From a virus: a DNA stretch of 64,000 nt. Where the stretch lies: positions 1-64,000 of IMG/VR virus record IMGVR_UViG_3300017987_000070. The stretch is one strand, 5' to 3'. Position numbers and translations under genes: made by a program. Of the stretch, positions 62,101-64,000 are shown piece by piece (within the stretch, counting starts at the first letter, position 1; each line of letters begins with the position of its first letter). A model generated the notes under the pieces. It was given only the letters and a program-made list of their open reading frames with translations. It was not told the origin of the DNA and made no database searches.

Positions 62101-63312
62101 AGTTCCGCTAAGACTCTGGAAGCTCGTGCCGTGCGGGTTTGTCTGTCCTACATGCGTGTCGAAGTCGCTCTTGAGGGTAGACACGTCAACTCCGTCGACG
62201 TCCCCCACGTTGACTACATCATTCCCACCAAGATCCGCGTCTCCGTTAAAGGCTCTTGTACCGTCTGATCGGATATACTGAGGGTGGTCGTCATCAGCTA
62301 ACCCGCTGAGGCTACCATGATCTGTAATCACAGACGGAGTAGGTATTAACGAGAAGCCTCCCGTCCCATCAGTCTCTAGAAGTTGACCAGACGGGGCGCC
62401 GCCGCTTCCCAAGTCCTGTACGGTAAGCTCATCGCTTCCTCCTTGAGCATGAGAAGCCGCGTGCGCATTCGGGTCTCTAGGGTCACCTGCGTCATCCAAC
62501 GTCGCATCGGTAACCAACGCGTTGAGATCCGACAAGGTACCTGACTCCAAATTATCAAGTCCCGTCAGGTGTGGGTTGTCAGTTCGTCCACGGTGCGTGG
62601 TGTTTGCGCTCACGTTCGAGTTGGCGTTCACCCGAGCTTCCGTATAGTACCGATTCGTACTACCTTCGCTAAGCTCATCTGTAGTGCGTGCAGACAGCCA
62701 AGACGTGATACGGCTCAAATTGAAATACTGAGTGTGCGGATCACCTACGGTCAAGCCTGCCAGCGTGTTGTGAGCTAGAGGGTCGCTACCTGAGACCCCG
62801 TGAGTAACAGCGTGAGCATTTGGGTCTCTTGGGTCTCCTGCATCATCTACATTCGCGTCTGTAAGGGCAGCGTTTAGTTCTGAAAGTGTGCCAGAGCCTA
62901 GATTGCCAAGGTTTGTATCATGCGGGTTGTCTACACGAGAGATGTGCGTGGTGGTGTTCGAGCTGAACGCGTCGAAGTCCACCCCATTGAGAGTTCCAAC
63001 ATTTTCAATGGAATTCCCGGCGAAGTCCTGATTGCTCTCCTGAAGCTCCACATCAGCGGGCTCTTCACCGTCATGAGCCGAGATGACGGCATCAAGCAAA
63101 AGCTTGTTGACGGGTAAGAGCGCCGAAGAATACCGCACTTCGATCTCAGTAGGCGTGGTGCCTCCAAATGCAGGAACGGAGCTAAAGGACACGCTCTCAT
63201 AGCCCAAGAGACGGCCTACCAGAGAATCTTCCAATTCCTGATTGAGCTTGGAAAGGCTCACCGTACCTTCTGCTGTATCAGAGAGAATATTATACGCGTA
63301 GACTACAGACAT
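59191..63312 (-). CDS. Long His-rich repetitive fibre protein with C-terminal BclA/C1q-like domains
   Basis: 1373 aa. Repeats NPH.T..GNLGSGTL.ELN, HA.TH..GGSD and DHG.L.GL.DDDHPQY; GANNGVAELDATGKVP; a short GxY stretch; beta-sandwich C-terminus. Confidence 0.8.
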   Translation of the reverse strand: MSVVYAYNILSDTAEGTVSLSKLNQELEDSLVGRLLGYESVSFSSVPAFGGTTPTEIEVRYSSALLPVNKLLLDAVISAHDGEEPADVELQESNQDFAGNSIENVGTLNGVDFDAFSSNTTTHISRVDNPHDTNLGNLGSGTLSELNAALTDANVDDAGDPRDPNAHAVTHGVSGSDPLAHNTLAGLTVGDPHTQYFNLSRITSWLSARTTDELSEGSTNRYYTEARVNANSNVSANTTHRGRTDNPHLTGLDNLESGTLSDLNALVTDATLDDAGDPRDPNAHAASHAQGGSDELTVQDLGSGGAPSGQLLETDGTGGFSLIPTPSVITDHGSLSGLADDDHPQYIRSDGTRAFNGDADLGGNDVVNVGDVDGVDVSTLKSDFDTHVGQTNPHGTSFQSLSGTFDLSEFNDKLFPETVDAAGTARPPVSHAATHQDGGSDPLSHNSLPDLTVGDPHTQYLNSGRFDTAFSNKDTDELSEGGTNLYYTEARVSANSDVAANTVHRNIVSGNPHGTTASDVGAIPTSQKGANNGVAELDATGKVPTSQIPASALPSFDVVADISARDALVVQEGDEAFVQSNGLFYIFDGSVWFERPVTPGQVSNAGGSTDNAVARFDGVTGQVIQDSTVTISDSGNLSVAGDIQVTGDVDGVNVSALNTNATTHIAQQNNPHNTDIGNLGSGTLAELNSKITDATLDDASDPRDPNAHASTHEQGGSDELTVQNLGSGAAPSGQLLETDGTGGFSLIATPTVITDHGALGGLADDDHPQYVLASGTRAFTGDVDLGTNDVTNVGLVDGVDVSAQATTTNTHIARTDNPHNTDIGNLGSGTLAELNGKITDATLDDASQPRDPNAHASTHSAGGSDPVTAQDLSSGAAPSGRILESNGTGGWVLIPTPTDTTDHGSLSGLGDDDHPQYARTDGGRAFTGNVDIGGNAVVNVSTVDGIDVSAQASTTNTHIARTDNPHNTDIGNLGSGTLAELNGKITDATLDDASQPRDPNAHASTHSAGGSDSLVVQNLSSGGAVADRILVSNGSGGWTLESRTLSQDLNAFAGVTTVNGPTLPTSFAAVPLGAQNLITSAFTHIPGTSNVTVNVAGRYVIIGYGTLENFDSGGRTTSEVRVTRNTGGGFASIPGMTGAVYNRNSSQGRGNASVTTILDLDVGDQLRLEARRLSGNDDIRTVADQCGLVIYAIRGVQGPEGPQGPPGSAITIQDEGASLPGTYDTLNFTGPLVSVANAGGNQTEVNVSLPALDDQQVSASNAVSTTSTTFVDVPDLSITVNNTSSYIAHVSLTSITTNAPVSTSFALYVNGTQVPNTLRSYETVAFVGANRQFTVSFSSLLSLNSGDVVTVRRAVSSATVITIGRSLTVLERR
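60290..61370 (-). repeat. Tandem 441-bp (147-aa) repeat, about 2.5-3 copies, in the fibre gene
   Basis: tgaggc anchor at 60301, 60742 and 61183. The first two copies are near-identical over about 170 bp. Confidence 0.85.
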
Positions 63313-63323
63313 AAGTTACTCTC

Positions 63324-64000
63324 TCAAGAGACGCGATAGAACATCAAGTAAGATGTAAATAGGGTGGATTCGTCGTTACTATCTGAAGTGCCGAACGCGA
63401 ACGTAATCGTGTAAGTAGCAGGATTGAGCGTGAACAAGACAAAACCGGAAGCAGGGTGTACCTGATCCGTACCTGAGCCTCCCAGCGATGTTCCGGCAGA
63501 GTCTTTGGGTTCTTGCCTGTGCAGATAAAACTGCGTGTTATCGAGATAGATAACAGCTACGAAGTCATCCGACTGACTATCATGATTCCACGTATAAGCG
63601 TAATCTAGTCTGTAAACCCCAGCCTCCGCGATGGTAAAGTTGAGTGTCGCTCGCGTCAGCAAGCCGTCTGTGGGAGGATTGCCAGGGTTATACTCTGCGG
63701 TCGTGGTGACGATATTTGTGTTGATATCCGTGATCAGACTCTCAAAGAGTGGTGAGTCTAGCTCAGCATCGATCCCTGCGAGATGCGCCGAGAGATGGTC
63801 CACATCCGAGACCTCGGGAGGCGTTGTGATCGGGGTGTAGTTCGCAGGTGTGAAGTCAATGTCAAGCTGATCTGCATCGATCTCATCTGCGCCGCCTTGG
63901 ATATGACTCGGAGCGTGGGCGTTCGGCGCACTCTCTATAGCGACCCATGTTGTATTGGCGTCGTTTCGACGGTAGATGGTATTCTCATCCGTCTTGTAGA
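63324..64000 (-). CDS. Fibre/structural protein, 5' end outside window
   Basis: The frame is open to the window edge (YKTDENTIYRRND...NAHAPSHIQGGADEI...). Shares the HA.SH..GG.D motif with the neighbouring fibre. Confidence 0.7.
   Translation of the reverse strand, partial: YKTDENTIYRRNDANTTWVAIESAPNAHAPSHIQGGADEIDADQLDIDFTPANYTPITTPPEVSDVDHLSAHLAGIDAELDSPLFESLITDINTNIVTTTAEYNPGNPPTDGLLTRATLNFTIAEAGVYRLDYAYTWNHDSQSDDFVAVIYLDNTQFYLHRQEPKDSAGTSLGGSGTDQVHPASGFVLFTLNPATYTITFAFGTSDSNDESTLFTSYLMFYRVS

Larger units (their letters stand above)
1..64000. mobile_element. Segment of a large tailed (myovirus-like) bacteriophage genome: tail/baseplate/fibre region plus accessory genes
   Basis: Tail tube, tape measure, hub, spike, gp25-like, baseplate J-like and fibre genes. 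Dense, mostly co-oriented ORFs with no host housekeeping genes. Confidence 0.9.

Noticed and set aside
1-64000. CRISPR array, tRNA or rRNA genes
   Set aside because: No regularly spaced short repeats with unique spacers and no cloverleaf/T-loop pattern seen in the few intergenic gaps (by eye only).
1-64000. Stop-codon reassignment as in some jumbo phages
   Set aside because: Genes are full length under the standard code, and TGA, TAA and TAG all end coupled genes.

Overview
The window is a gene-dense segment of a large (probably jumbo) contractile-tailed myovirus-like phage genome, with standard genetic code and moderately high GC. The + strand carries a tail/baseplate morphogenesis region: tail tube, two chaperone-like paralogs, tape measure, two tube-initiator paralogs, a hub with a lytic-transglycosylase domain, a gp5/VgrG-like spike, a 2446-aa wedge-like protein, and gp25-like, baseplate J-like and gpI-like proteins. 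An SNF2 helicase sits inside it. Other genes encode an RlpA-like transglycosylase, a phosphoesterase-RNA ligase fusion, a patatin, a solo DUF262 protein and His-rich repetitive fibre proteins (- strand, right end). The most striking unexplained feature is a cassette between the tail tube and the tail chaperones (about 4.2-12.1 kb). Otherwise unrelated proteins there share (i) an N-terminal leader KL-x-x-x-LI(K/R)LG-x-x-(N/H)P(E/D)LR-x-HLR-x-(V/L)L or (ii) recurrent internal linkers, a basic helix like ASRVASRYL next to (K/R)-x-(A/S) sites. The linkers separate small domains (ART-like, ParB-like, HExxH, RNase-like). I infer a modular virion cargo-loading/processing system. Also notable are a three-member FG-x-(L/I)RS + LRR-like family, a conserved sigma70-like promoter motif, a candidate kissing-loop RNA before the tail tube gene, and a dnaX-type A AAA AAG slippery site. 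All functional calls come from motif recognition by eye; no database searches were run.
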